Source: Epithemia pelagica (Eukaryota; Protista; Bacillariophyta). From it: 64,000 nucleotides of DNA. The notes below the pieces were generated by a model. The model did no database searches, had not been told where the DNA came from, and saw nothing but the letters and a program-made list of their open reading frames with translations. Shown here one piece after another: positions 1-11,145 of the stretch. The position numbers and the translations under genes were made by a program. The stretch spans positions 682,001 to 746,000 of the forward strand of contig OX337237.1 in assembly GCA_946965045.2 (NCBI GenBank), read 5' to 3'. Each line of letters starts with the position of its first letter. The stretch's first letter is position 1.

Positions 1-314
1 CCAAAATACACATACATGCCACTTCCCACCAACCCAAAGTACGGCCACAGAGTTTGGTGTCGACTCGGCAGCAACAACAACAAGAGACCGGCGACCCCCA
101 AGGTCCACACGACGAGAAGCGTATCCGTCACTGCTTCGCCTTGTAAATCGGCCCACAAGGTGGGATTCACCGAATCGGCCGGTTCCGACAAGCCGAATTG
201 CATCGCCACGTTGGGTGCCACAAAGACGAGAACTTGTCCCATCCAACACACAATCAAACACCAGAGAATCAAGAGCATGGCCCATATACGTTCGAATTGG
301 GAATAGGCAGTCAT
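1..314 (-). CDS. Partial multi-pass membrane protein of unknown function (runs off left edge)
   Basis: ATG at 314 is the first after an in-frame TAA at 408-410 and opens a stop-free frame to base 1: MTAYSQFERIWAMLLILWCLIVCWIGQVLVFVAP...LLVVWTLGVAGLLLLLLP...WPYFGLVGSGMYVYL, with three hydrophobic segments. Absent from the ORF track because it has no stop in the window. Confidence 0.6.
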   Translation of the reverse strand, partial: MTAYSQFERIWAMLLILWCLIVCWMGQVLVFVAPNVAMQFGLSEPADSVNPTLWADLQGEAVTDTLLVVWTLGVAGLLLLLLPSRHQTLWPYFGLVGSGMYVYF

Positions 315-1312
315 GATGGAGGACGAGGACGAGGAGTACGACGACGAAGATGACTTTGATAAAGAGGATACTGCTGTCTGCGTGTTTCTTTTGGACAAGG
401 TGATTTCTTAACGTTGCGAACGGTAAGGATCCTTTTTGAATCTCAATTTACATGGATTCATTGACAACGATGGAAGGAGTGTCCCCAGCTTCGCATTGCT
501 CTCCCAAAACGCGAACCATGCTGCAATTGGATTTTCGTGGATCTTACGAATCGGTTCGGTTCTCCCCTTCAAACCTAGGCTTTGCGACCTTCCATCCAAG
601 ACCATGGTTCGAAAAAGAAGAAAGCATATTGGAGAGCCGTTTGCTGGTTGTCTCCATGATTTCATAGAGTTTGTGGCCTGGTCGTAAATGGGGATGGGGG
701 ATGGGATTGGGATGGGGGCCCATGTTTCTCGCTTGTCTCGCAAGTCCCGCAAACGGTTCGTTCTTGAATTCCCTACTTAATGGAGTCTGTCTGTAGTACG
801 GATTTCGGAGAGCTGACCATTCGCCAATTGGGACGCGAGGCCTATGTCGTGCACGTGTTCTTCATTCTTCATTTAAGACCTATGCAAGCCGGGGGAGAGA
901 ATGCCATGTTCCATGAATCTCCACAATTTCACCAAACAGCGATGGGGGAGCGACACGGACAGCCAGAAATCAAGAGAGTTCACGACGAGAGGGCAAAATA
1001 TCCCCTCTATTTTGAATCGTATCCATTCAATTATTGCAAAGCAACGGTCGGTCACCACCCGCAGCAGCAACAGCAGCCAGTGGCACGAGGAATGGCTAAG
1101 GGACGAACAATAACCGCAGCAACAACAACCAGAACCAGAACAGCAACAAGAGTAGCGATTCCGTGGTGTTTACTTGTGTGTTGAAAAACGAGAAAGACTT
1201 GACGACTATTTCACAGCAAGTAGTTTATATCATTCATAAAAGCTCCAATTAAAGACAACAACAACAAAACACACAACAACAACAGACCGGTCACAACAAG
1301 CCATTCAGTGTC

Positions 1313-2575
1313 ATGGGAAATGCGCCATCGATCGATTTGTCGCAGGGACTTCCCAATACGGAAAAATTGACGGAGCGGGGATGTTCGACGGAACAAAAGA
1401 TTGAATATGCCGTTTCGGGGATGCGAGGCTTTCGACAAAATATGGAAGACCAACACTTGTTTTGCAACAGTTTACCCGTGGAAGGACAACCCCTCGATTG
1501 TTTGAGTGACCATTCCCTCTTTGCCGTCTTTGATGGTCACGGTGGCCAATATGCGGCCAAGTATTGCAGTTGTCACTTTTTGCGGGTCTTGTCGCAACGG
1601 CCGGAAATGACGCAATACGTGCAATTGCCCAAAATTGGGGCCAAGAGTCGCTGCGATACCAATGGCATTTCCCTCATCAAGTTTGCCCTCAACAATAGCT
1701 TTTTGCAACTAGATCAAGAATTGACCAAGGAACAAATTAGTATCAACGACAAGGCTCGATCCGAACGAGAACAAAAGGCCCAAGCCAAGGCCGATGCAAC
1801 GGGTATACCGCAACCGGTCTTGCTCGCCGAACGATCGGGATCGACCTCGGTCATTGTCTTGATTACACCATCGCATATTATTTGTGCCAATGCGGGAGAT
1901 TCACGAGCCATTTTACGACGAAGCGGCAAAGTGTTGCCCCTCAGTTTTGATCACAAACCTTCCGACATTCCCGAACGCATGCGGATTGTCAAGGCGGGTG
2001 GAGAAGTCAAATCCAAACGGATTGATGGCGATTTGGCCGTCAGTCGAGCCTTGGGCGATCACATTTACAAGACAGAAGACAGTCTCAAAAATTTGCAACA
2101 AAAAGTGATTGCCGCACCCGATTTGACTGTCTACCCTCGCAATCATTTGGGGGACGAATTCATTGTGCTGGCCTGTGACGGTGTGTGGGATGTGGCCAGT
2201 AACAAGGAATGTTCGGAATTTATACAATCCATGTTGTCTCACGGAGAAACCGATTTGGCGGTGGTGTGTGAAGAAGCCATTGACACGTGTTTGGAACGCA
2301 ATTCACGAGACAATATTACCCTCCTCATGGTGGGTTTGCCCGGGATGAAGGCCGATCGGACCAAGGGCGCCTTGATGACCAATGCCTTGTGGGGTCAACG
2401 TCGAGCCCGACGAGCGCGTCGATTCTTTACCTCGGCTGCCTGTGCCGCTGGCTTGCACAGCATTGTCGGTGCCACACCCACTTCCACCCATCCCTTGAAC
2501 AAAAACTTGTGTGTCGTTCCCTCGGCTGCCACAGCACCCGCGGCCGCGGCGGCCGCGACGGCGGCAGCCATTTAA
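1313..2575 (+). CDS. Protein phosphatase 2C (PPM family), possible N-myristoylation (MGNAPS)
   Basis: 420-aa ORF with PP2C motifs RQNMED, FAVFDGHGG, ANAGDSRA, DHKP, LAVSRALGD, LACDGVWD and DNIT. Confidence 0.93.
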   Translation: MGNAPSIDLSQGLPNTEKLTERGCSTEQKIEYAVSGMRGFRQNMEDQHLFCNSLPVEGQPLDCLSDHSLFAVFDGHGGQYAAKYCSCHFLRVLSQRPEMTQYVQLPKIGAKSRCDTNGISLIKFALNNSFLQLDQELTKEQISINDKARSEREQKAQAKADATGIPQPVLLAERSGSTSVIVLITPSHIICANAGDSRAILRRSGKVLPLSFDHKPSDIPERMRIVKAGGEVKSKRIDGDLAVSRALGDHIYKTEDSLKNLQQKVIAAPDLTVYPRNHLGDEFIVLACDGVWDVASNKECSEFIQSMLSHGETDLAVVCEEAIDTCLERNSRDNITLLMVGLPGMKADRTKGALMTNALWGQRRARRARRFFTSAACAAGLHSIVGATPTSTHPLNKNLCVVPSAATAPAAAAAATAAAI

Positions 2576-3196
2576 CAAGAACAACAACAGGAAGGACAAT
2601 CCTCCATACACCCTCCAAGAAGAAAGGACAACAACAACAACAACAACAACACATACCAACAACAACACCAAACATGCGTTGCCATGAACAAGGCGAGCAA
2701 TCTCGACAACCAATACAAGTCAGTGTAGTTCGGAAGTGTAGAAATAACAAATTGTAGACCAGCTTTTCGTACGATCATTCATCCGATGTTCTGCACCCCG
2801 CAAGGGAATGCAACAACAGGGATTTATAATCTTGTGATTCAATGCAGACTTGCGACAAACACGAAAAACAAAAAACACGGTTTGGAGCTTCCCACAAACG
2901 ATCCGTAAATCAAGGAAACGACACGCAGTTGTCGACAGTCCGCTTTAAGTCCTATAAAGGCCCGACACTTACATGCCGGTGTTTTCACCATGGGTGAGAG
3001 TGTTGAAGAAAACAAAGAGCCGGATCTTGCCTGTACATATCTCCTATCGATAGGTTGCAGTGCAATGTTTGTCGGAGTGGTTTGGTCCGCTAAAAACTAC
3101 GAATGAAAGTGCTACCTGTTCCACGCAAATGTTGCTACAGCGGTACAAAGAGTAGGATTCGTTTTGGATTGTCTCTAGTTCAGGTCCGCAGTAGGT

Positions 3197-5137
3197 TTAG
3201 TGTTCGCACAAGGAAAAGGTTCGGACGACACCACCAGTAACGTGCCCTTCTTGTACGTCGCCATTGCCCGTCTGGTCATGACCTCGTTCTTCCATGAGAC
3301 GCAACCGTCGTTCACAGGCCTGCTCATAGGTCAGTAAACTATTCTTTGGAGTGGCTCCGGACGAGGCAGAAACAGCGGAAGCCGCCAGGGTGGCAATCTG
3401 TTGTCGCAAGGCTGGTTCCGATTCCAACTCGGTCAGGGCTGGATTGTAGACCCCCTCCTGTACCCAGACCAATTGTTGGGGAGGAACCGTCGCCGTCGAT
3501 CGAATACGAAGGGTAGGATCGACCAAAAAGAAACAGAGAATGGTCCGTTTTCCGGGTTTGGTGGGATCCACCAAGGAAACAGGTTGGACACAGTGTTGCT
3601 TGGTATTGGGCCAGGCCAAGATGCGACCCTCCTTGGTTACACAGGGCAAACCCAAAGGTTGAAGTAACGGGCCTTCATCGACCAAATTGTACATGAGCTT
3701 CACGCCAGTGTTATCGCCTTGCTCATAGTCGGGTTCATGGACACTGGTTCGAAAGGCCAGTTCGCCTCCCTGAACATTTGTAGATTCCAAATAGCAACAA
3801 GCAGTCGCCACAATGCGTTCGGCCACAGTCCCTTCCACATGCCAAACACCACCCTTGTAAGAGGACAGATTCTCATCCTCGTTTTCTGCCCCTCTGTTTG
3901 GTTTGAGTTCCATGGAGGCAATTTTGACAATGACTTGGAGAGGTCGGTCGCGCAGCGAGATTGTGTCATCGCGGTTCTGGGTAAAGGGGGGAGGTGACGC
4001 AAATTTGGGAATGGTGGGAGGAATGAACCGTGATAAATCATCATACCAGTTTTCACAATATTCTTCATAGTCGCTATCCTCTTGATCACTCCCTTGTTCG
4101 TCTGGTTCGCCATCCCACCAATGATCCGGTTGGATTCGAAGTTGACGTTCTCGAGGCGGTTTTTGCAGGCCTGTAGAAAGTGGAGCCTTTCCCAATTCGG
4201 CCAAGACTTGTTCCAACAAGGGTACGCACTGACAAAATAGCTTGCCAATCAAGGGATACAACTTGGCATGTTGAATGGGATGCAAACAGTTGATATAACT
4301 GGTAATATCACAGTCTTGGCCATTGGCCGACACTCGAAATTCAGCCGGCAACCATTGCAAGTCGGAATACACGCCACCATGATGATTCGCAAGAGGATGA
4401 CTGGGGTTGTTCTCGTTTGGTTTTTCTTGTTCGACAACTCCCTGTTTGCCCAAAAAGGAGGACCATTCGGGCATTTGTGTGGCATGAGCTCCTCCAGCCG
4501 CTCCCTCCAATACCATGGTTTGTCCTTGCTCATAAGCATACAAGGAAGGATGTACCAAATCAACAATTTGCGGAGATCCGGGATGACGGTCAATTTCGGT
4601 TGATCCAATGGCCGGTTGGTTTCGCAACACGGCAATCTCACGCAACAAGTCGCCATGCAAGTCACTGGTGTTTGCTTTAAGATCGTCTCGGACAAAGACA
4701 CCTTCGGCGGCTGCAGGCCGTACGGGTCCTTCTTGATAGTGCAATGCCCAATACTGACATTCGGCAATGGCATAGTCCACCATTTGGACATGATAGTCAT
4801 GTGTGCGAGGAAAGGAGGACAGCGTCAACGTGCTGAGAGGGGTCGGTGTGGTTGTGGTGGATGGCGGCGAACCGCTGCAATAAACGTCATCCAATTGTTG
4901 TACCAATTCCTTATTCCACTTGGATGCAATGGTAGGATTGTGAATCTTGGTCCACCATTCATCCTTTTCCTTGATGATTCCTTGCAATTCCAAAATTTGC
5001 AATTCGGGGACACATCGTGGCAAGAGTCCACTTCCATAATCATCCATCAAATAGGTGAGCGCCGTCGAAAAGCCCCACCGCGTACGGCGAGTGGCAAAAG
5101 AGGACGAGGATGATGAAGCATCAAAGGCTGGAATCAT
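3197..5137 (-). CDS. DUF4246-family protein, copy D1 (intact); putative non-haem Fe dioxygenase fold
   Basis: Likely start ATG at 5137 (MIPAF...), 646 aa. Motifs DLVHPSLY, QWLPAEF, SYINCLHP, LQVIVK, WHVEG, IVATACCY, GRILAWPNTKQH and FFLVDP are recalled as typical of DUF4246. Confidence 0.82.
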   Translation of the reverse strand: MIPAFDASSSSSSFATRRTRWGFSTALTYLMDDYGSGLLPRCVPELQILELQGIIKEKDEWWTKIHNPTIASKWNKELVQQLDDVYCSGSPPSTTTTPTPLSTLTLSSFPRTHDYHVQMVDYAIAECQYWALHYQEGPVRPAAAEGVFVRDDLKANTSDLHGDLLREIAVLRNQPAIGSTEIDRHPGSPQIVDLVHPSLYAYEQGQTMVLEGAAGGAHATQMPEWSSFLGKQGVVEQEKPNENNPSHPLANHHGGVYSDLQWLPAEFRVSANGQDCDITSYINCLHPIQHAKLYPLIGKLFCQCVPLLEQVLAELGKAPLSTGLQKPPRERQLRIQPDHWWDGEPDEQGSDQEDSDYEEYCENWYDDLSRFIPPTIPKFASPPPFTQNRDDTISLRDRPLQVIVKIASMELKPNRGAENEDENLSSYKGGVWHVEGTVAERIVATACCYLESTNVQGGELAFRTSVHEPDYEQGDNTGVKLMYNLVDEGPLLQPLGLPCVTKEGRILAWPNTKQHCVQPVSLVDPTKPGKRTILCFFLVDPTLRIRSTATVPPQQLVWVQEGVYNPALTELESEPALRQQIATLAASAVSASSGATPKNSLLTYEQACERRLRLMEERGHDQTGNGDVQEGHVTGGVVRTFSLCEH

Positions 5138-5853
5138 GGTCGAATCTCGAATAGGGTCTTTGAGGCTGTGTCGAATGTCTCGAATACATCCAAAAACAAA
5201 AAACGAAAACAAAGATCTCTCGAGACAAAAAGATCGCACCATCTAAAAAAGTCGCAGATTGAGTCGTGGTACACCCAGCGATGCTCCAGCAAAGCGGCCG
5301 GATCTTGAAAACCCAGTGATGCTCCAACAAGCTGGCCACAAACGGATTCTTCATCGCCCTCTATCGCGCACCGACACGACAAACGTCAGTCCATCGCTGG
5401 GATGTTGGGTGATGTTGTCGCCATGGTGGAATCGATTGCTTCGACTGTCCACTCCTCTCCTCCTCTCGATGAACCGTCCTGCTTCATGGCATTCTCCCTT
5501 TTGGATCCGAACAACAAGATGGACGACCGTCTCTGGCGCAATCTTCTATTTTGCTCAATCCGGCCAATCCGCAATTGTCGGGCGTGTCGCAATTTCCCTA
5601 TTTTCCGCGAGGAGGTCCCGTTCCAGATTTTGGTAGTATCAATACTATGCACAAGGATTGGCGACCCTTGGGCCATGTTAGTTCGTGGAAGTGGGATGGC
5701 ATGATGTATGCCATGTCACTCTGCACCAAAACCTGAGGAACAACAGTTTTGTGGGTCGTGGAACGACCCAAAACCCAACCAACAGTTGTGCCAGAAACAA
5801 CCACGATTCTCTCCATTGTTTCCTCCATAGTCGTTGGGTGACACAGTTTTAGG

Positions 5854-6984
5854 ATGGAGGATGTACAAGAGCAAGCACGGTTGTCTGGACTCGTTTTAGG
5901 GACCAATCAAGATGAATCACGATGGAACTTCAATGAAGCCGGAATTCGTGAGCGATGGATGAACGCATCGGTTGTGGTACATGCTCCTTACAATGAAAAG
6001 GAAGAAATTATTGTCGTATTGGGCGGGGGCTTCATAAACACGATTTTGGATCCGGATCCTCCCAAAACAGTTTTGCTTCTAAATAGTGATGGAAGCGAAC
6101 ACAAGCAAGGTCCCAAGATGAATGAAGGGCGAGCAGCACTTGCAGCGGTTGTTTGTAACGGCTGTGTTTACGCCATTGGAGGATGGGGTCGGGATTCTAT
6201 TGAGCGGATTGACGTCTCAGATTTACTGTCAAGTGCTTATTTGAACAAGACTGAGAAGAAAACACCATGGAAAACATTGAAGTGTCGTTTGTCTACTGAT
6301 GGCTCGTGCTTAGCTGCTGTTGTCCAAAAAAGGTTCATTGTAATTGGTAGAACAAATTGTAATGGAAATGTGGATATTCTTGACACAGCTCAAGCAAGTC
6401 AACCTTTCATTTTCCAAGGACCATCCATGAATGTTCCTCGTATCTACTTCGGAATGGCGGCCATTGGTTCACGTGTCTACGTCATTGGTGGAGAGAAGAT
6501 TATTGGACCAGAGGAGCTTGATTCTGTCGAATATTTGGACTTGTTGACTGATTCCGGTAACGATGAACGTGATTTTGAAGAATCAACCTTTGCACCTTCT
6601 TTGTCATGGAAAATGTACAAGGATCTGGTTCTTCCCATTCCTCGTTTCAGACATTCTGTTGTCCGCGTTGGTTCTTGCCTGCTTGTGGTCGGAGGTCGTA
6701 GTGGCGATCGATTTTCTGTTGAAAATGAAGGTGACAAAAAAGAGCATTCCGTGGAGGTTTTTGACACGAAACGCAATAAAGTCTGGAGGCTTCCTGGAAT
6801 GACAACAGGACTAGGCCAGCATATCACAGCAGTTGCTTATTCCAATGGGATTGTTAACAATGAAGTTGCTATTGGAGATGAGTTGAAACCCTGCCAGACC
6901 TTTGAAAGGCTTCCATTGATGGATAAGAACTCTGTCGTGTACAAGCAGTTGTTGGATGGTCCTTCATTGAGACAATTCGGTTGA
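5854..6984 (+). CDS. Kelch-repeat beta-propeller protein K1 (376 aa, intact)
   Basis: Repeated Kelch units (VYAIGG, VYVIGG...VEYLD, LLVVGG...VEVFD...W); N-terminal MEDxxEQARLSGLVLG and C-terminal LPLMDKNS shared with seven paralogs. Confidence 0.88.
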   Translation: MEDVQEQARLSGLVLGTNQDESRWNFNEAGIRERWMNASVVVHAPYNEKEEIIVVLGGGFINTILDPDPPKTVLLLNSDGSEHKQGPKMNEGRAALAAVVCNGCVYAIGGWGRDSIERIDVSDLLSSAYLNKTEKKTPWKTLKCRLSTDGSCLAAVVQKRFIVIGRTNCNGNVDILDTAQASQPFIFQGPSMNVPRIYFGMAAIGSRVYVIGGEKIIGPEELDSVEYLDLLTDSGNDERDFEESTFAPSLSWKMYKDLVLPIPRFRHSVVRVGSCLLVVGGRSGDRFSVENEGDKKEHSVEVFDTKRNKVWRLPGMTTGLGQHITAVAYSNGIVNNEVAIGDELKPCQTFERLPLMDKNSVVYKQLLDGPSLRQFG

Positions 6985-7360
6985 CTGTCAGCAGTATATG
7001 ATACTTGTGACCCATTATAGTACTGACTGAAATTAATGAATGAAGTTGTTCTCCTCCCTCTTTGTGCCGCTGCAAGAGGTCGTAAGACCCAATGATACCA
7101 GCAGTCTAGAGACATTTTCCATCCGAGTTACGATGGCAACCATCATCGTTTCGTTTGAAACACGCCTCGTCGTGTGGAGGCGTGGTCTTGACCACGACCG
7201 ATGCAGTCTCCCCGGAGGAAGAGGCGGCGGCGGCGGCCACCACAACAACCACGAACATTCTTCACAGTATCCCAGTCGCTTGACGACATCCTTTCACTAC
7301 AGTGGGGATCCCATATCCGATCATACCTTGTTGCAAGTCTTATAGAAAGCTCTTTTCCGG

Positions 7361-8204
7361 TTATTTTTTTGTTCCATACCCCAAATTGGGAATCGAAAAA
7401 TGAAACAGTGGATTCTCGTAGTCCTCTCGATAATACTCGAGCAATTTGGGATAGAGGGTCGGTGTAATGTGTTGTTTCAGTTTGGTGGAGGCAAAGGTGG
7501 CATGATGTTGTCCCAAAAAGGCAGCCTTTTTTTGTTCTTCCGTCATGGTTGTCGTGTCATTGGGTGAGATTCGAATGGCAAAAATGGCGTCCGTCTGATT
7601 TGGACCCCATCCCGATTGTCCAAAGTCTTCCCAGGCACCAATGCGACGCAACAATCGTTCGGCATCGTCTTGGACCGTTTCCAATCGTCCGACAAAATTA
7701 ATCTGTTGCATATACTTGCGACGAATGCGTTTGCTTTGCGGTTCCCAATGACCATTGGGACAGTCCTTCATGATTTCAAAAGCTTGTTCGGCCGAAGTCT
7801 TGACGGCACGACGACAGGCCGCGAATGAATGATTGTGGTACACGCGACAACACTTTTGGACAATCATGTTCTTGTCCAGTCCCTTGTTAATGTAGGCCGA
7901 TACAAAGCGTTCGAGGGGATCGCGCAAAAAAATGGCCCGCGTCCACGAGGCATCCGTCAACATCCTGGTGGCCTCGTGGACGGAATAATTGTTCAAATGG
8001 GGCACCAGTGTGACGGATGCCGCACGCACGTTGCGGACATTGTAGCCCATGATTTTCAAAAACAAGTGGCGCCACGTGGTACAACCCACCTTGAGGGTGG
8101 AAAAAAAGACGAGTTTGTATTGCTCCAAGACAAAGGGTGGCGTATTTTCTGGTCCGGAATACTCCAAATCCGTCGGCAGTACCTGAAACAAAGGCTTGGT
8201 CGAG

Positions 8205-8275
<71 letters not shown>

Positions 8276-8529
8276 GGTTGGCTCGGAGGATGTGTTGTTG
8301 GGACGAACTCGAACGGTCTTGTTGTCCCGGGTGGTACGGAACCGAGTCTACCCACACACACAAGGTTCGTGAGTTCGTTCGTCCCGTCAATGTCCAACGA
8401 GTTGGGAGAACGGAATCGTACCTCTGGGCGAGTGGGGGTGTTGGTGTGAAGGTTGTACCACAAAACCACCAACAGCACCAAACTCGCCACATACAGGCAT
8501 TGTCGACGCGAGAGGACGACAAATTCCAT
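7361..8529 (-). CDS. Type II membrane carbohydrate sulfotransferase (Sulfotransfer_2/CHST-like), probably two exons
   Basis: N-terminal TM (LYVASLVLLVVLWY) in ORF 8529; catalytic part in another frame with 5'-PSB-like STLKVGCTTWR, 3'-PB-like RDPLERFVSAY, HWEPQ and FVGRLE. Candidate acceptor tttcag|GTA puts exon 2 start at 8182; donor not fixed. Confidence 0.8.
8204..8276. repeat. (GTT/CAA)n microsatellite, about 24 units
   Basis: Perfect trinucleotide run read directly. Confidence 0.95.
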
Positions 8530-9306
8530 TGTTACTAGTTGTCACGGTTTAGCAGCAGCTTCCACAGGTTTCGAAAGAACGCAAAATACTGAGGATTCTT
8601 CCGCCAAGACCATGCAATCGCCTCTTTTATGTTGTCTTGTCTTGTGTATGGCGTCCTTGCTGTCTTGGAAAGAATCGTGAAACTCGATTTTTGAGGAGAC
8701 CCCCCCCGGCGTGGATGTCACAGACAGGGACGAACCATCTTTTATTGTAGATGCCGCGAGCCCGCCACTGGTTGGGCTCTCTTCGTGTCCCACTGGAAAG
8801 CGCGCCTTGCGCACTCGGGACAGACGGCGCCTGAGGAACAGGAAACTTCCAGCGCTCTTGAATGAAATATGTCTTTCGAGATCTAAAGTCAAATTAAGAA
8901 TCGGTCGCGGGGTTGTTCACGAGCCTGACACACGCTACCAGAGCCCTGCTCGATACGTGACTGATGGGCCATAGGTCATTCCATGGTCAGTACTTAGGAA
9001 ATTCTCTTGGGGTTAGGAGGGGCAATAGTAACAGGGAACCAGGGGCACTGAATCCCAAAGGGATTTTAACGCTCTACACACACGACTCGATAAGTACGAG
9101 TACGACAATGTGGAATCTCCCCAACCACAACCAGTCCCCAGTCGATTCTCTCGAGAGAAAACTGACTGCGTTTGCTGCATGCAACACACACAGAAGAGAG
9201 GGAGAACCCAAAAACAAAAAAAAACAGGCTTCTCACAAAAACAGATAATTCATCTTTCATCTCATATCTAGTCCTCTCTCTCTCTCTCACTGCAACGTGA
9301 TTCAAT

Positions 9307-9783
9307 ATGGTTGGAGGTGTGCCGATTCGCCGCCACTGGCGTCTTCTCGTCGTCCTACTCCTGGTACTACTCCTGAGAGTCGTCCCTACGACAAGTACTA
9401 GTAGGAGCGACGATGGTGACGGTCCTGTGGACCACATGGCTTACGATACGAACAATGGCCACGATATGGAGAGCGAAGATGCCGCCGTCTGGCAAGCTCT
9501 CATGGCCAAGGAACAAGCCTGGGCCAAACAAGCCTTGGAACGACACGGTCATGTCTTGGCTGGATCCGACTATTTGCAAGACCTGCTCAATCTCGATCAT
9601 CATTATCAGCCGCAACCACAAGCAACAATAGCAGAACCAGTACAACCAAAACAACCACCACAAGTCAAAGCACAAGCATTGCGACACGAGTATCATCGGG
9701 TCGTGACACTGTCGAATCCAGGGTCCGCCGTTGCTTCTTCGTTGAGAGGCTCTTTTGCTTCTTCTTCTTCCTTGTCTTTTTGA
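9307..9783 (+). CDS. Hypothetical secreted or membrane-anchored protein (158 aa)
   Basis: ATG ORF with hydrophobic LLVVLLLVLLL segment after basic residues; divergent from the sulfotransferase; no recognisable domain. Confidence 0.45.
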   Translation: MVGGVPIRRHWRLLVVLLLVLLLRVVPTTSTSRSDDGDGPVDHMAYDTNNGHDMESEDAAVWQALMAKEQAWAKQALERHGHVLAGSDYLQDLLNLDHHYQPQPQATIAEPVQPKQPPQVKAQALRHEYHRVVTLSNPGSAVASSLRGSFASSSSLSF

Positions 9784-11145
9784 AGAGAGCCACAACAAGC
9801 CTCGTGAGAGGTGGGATCTACACCACGACAAACCATTCGGCAAACAATCGAGCTCTCCTTCCGGTGGATGCATGTTTCTCGTGATACTATGTTCAGAGAC
9901 GAGCCGCACACAGCTACGAACGACACAGCGAGACCTTTTTGTGGGGGAGGCGATGCGCGCCAAACAAGGTGGAATATGGTGTGAGACACGGTGTTGTGTT
10001 GATCCGAGTCGCGCGCAACTCCAAACTCGACACTACCAACAATCATGATGTGAGACTAGAGTCCTGTTGTTTGTGGCTGGGCGTGTGCCATCGACCAGAC
10101 TCGAGATGGAGAGTTGAAACCAAGAACCAACTCCTCGTAAAGATCCGTATTCATGTTAAGCTACAACGTAGACTACCTTCCCGATATAGAGGGCTTAGAC
10201 GTTGCTTTGTCACACACACACACATTGCGACAGAGCAGAACGGAACTGAGTCGGCGGTGCTTGTATTCGTACATTATACTGTCCCTAACCCTTTGGGGGG
10301 TATAGTATCGGGCTTGCGGAGCATGATAGGATTGGAGAGGAACCAGCAGAAAACATCAACAAACGGCTATTGAATCGACAAGATACGGCACGAGCGGCTG
10401 TCGATTCACTCACCGATCACGATTTGGTGGTTGAAATGGTGCCCACCTGGACGACGGAAGTGAGCCCCACGCTTTGTCGATCATATCTATAGAGACTTTC
10501 ACAAATCATTACTCCGTTTCATGACAATCGAGAAATTCGCCCTAGAGCGGAGATTGTGGTGCAGGTGGTGTCTCTCCTTGGTTCCTTCCGATTCTGAAAC
10601 GGACATGCATCAATCACACGGAGAAATGTTGTCAAGGTTGTTTACCCAATGTTCGAACATGGTCGACCCAGATGGAGTCACATACTTTTCATGGTGGAGT
10701 GTTAGGACTTACTCCTACTCCATTGGCTTGAGAGATGGCTAGCTAGCTAGAGAGTAGAGCTAATAATACGACTATCAGATTCGAATTTTAGATTCGATCG
10801 CACATACTCCTAAATCACGAATCAATGCGCAGAAATATCGCAAAATCGCGCGTCGAGATAGAATAAGCGCGAGGCGATATGGAAGATAAATTTTTGTGAG
10901 CATTTGAACATGTGATGCGAGAACAGGAAAACCGCAAATCGCGCTTTTGCGCGTCGATAGAAATCCTGTCGAAGTTCGTTTTGTTTTCGTCCGGTTCAAA
11001 CCTCTGAGAAAACAATGCACACTCTCGGATTGTGCACTATAGTCCAAAACCCAAGCAACAGTTGTCTGCCAGAACCAACCACGATCTTCCTTCTTCACCA
11101 TCGCCCGTTCGTTTCCATTGTGTGGTTGGATAACACAGTTTTAGG

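Noticed and set aside
5259-5704. Short overlapping ORFs between D1 and K1
   Set aside because: No motifs, several competing frames, and location in the shared divergent promoter region.
5840-5880. CACAGTT before Kelch ATGs as a recombination signal heptamer
   Set aside because: Only 6/7 match to CACAGTG, not kept in all copies, and no ACAAAAACC-like nonamer at 12 or 23 bp in the copies checked. The exact heptamers noticed (15790, ~32874, ~32886) do not flank Kelch segments.
8137-8538. Poly-Cys, poly-Val and poly-Gln ORFs
   Set aside because: Alternative frames of the GTT/CAA microsatellite.
10775-11040. CG- and A-run-rich segment upstream of K2 as a MITE
   Set aside because: Only short internal repeats (aaatcgcgc, gcgcgtcga); no convincing TIR or TSD found.
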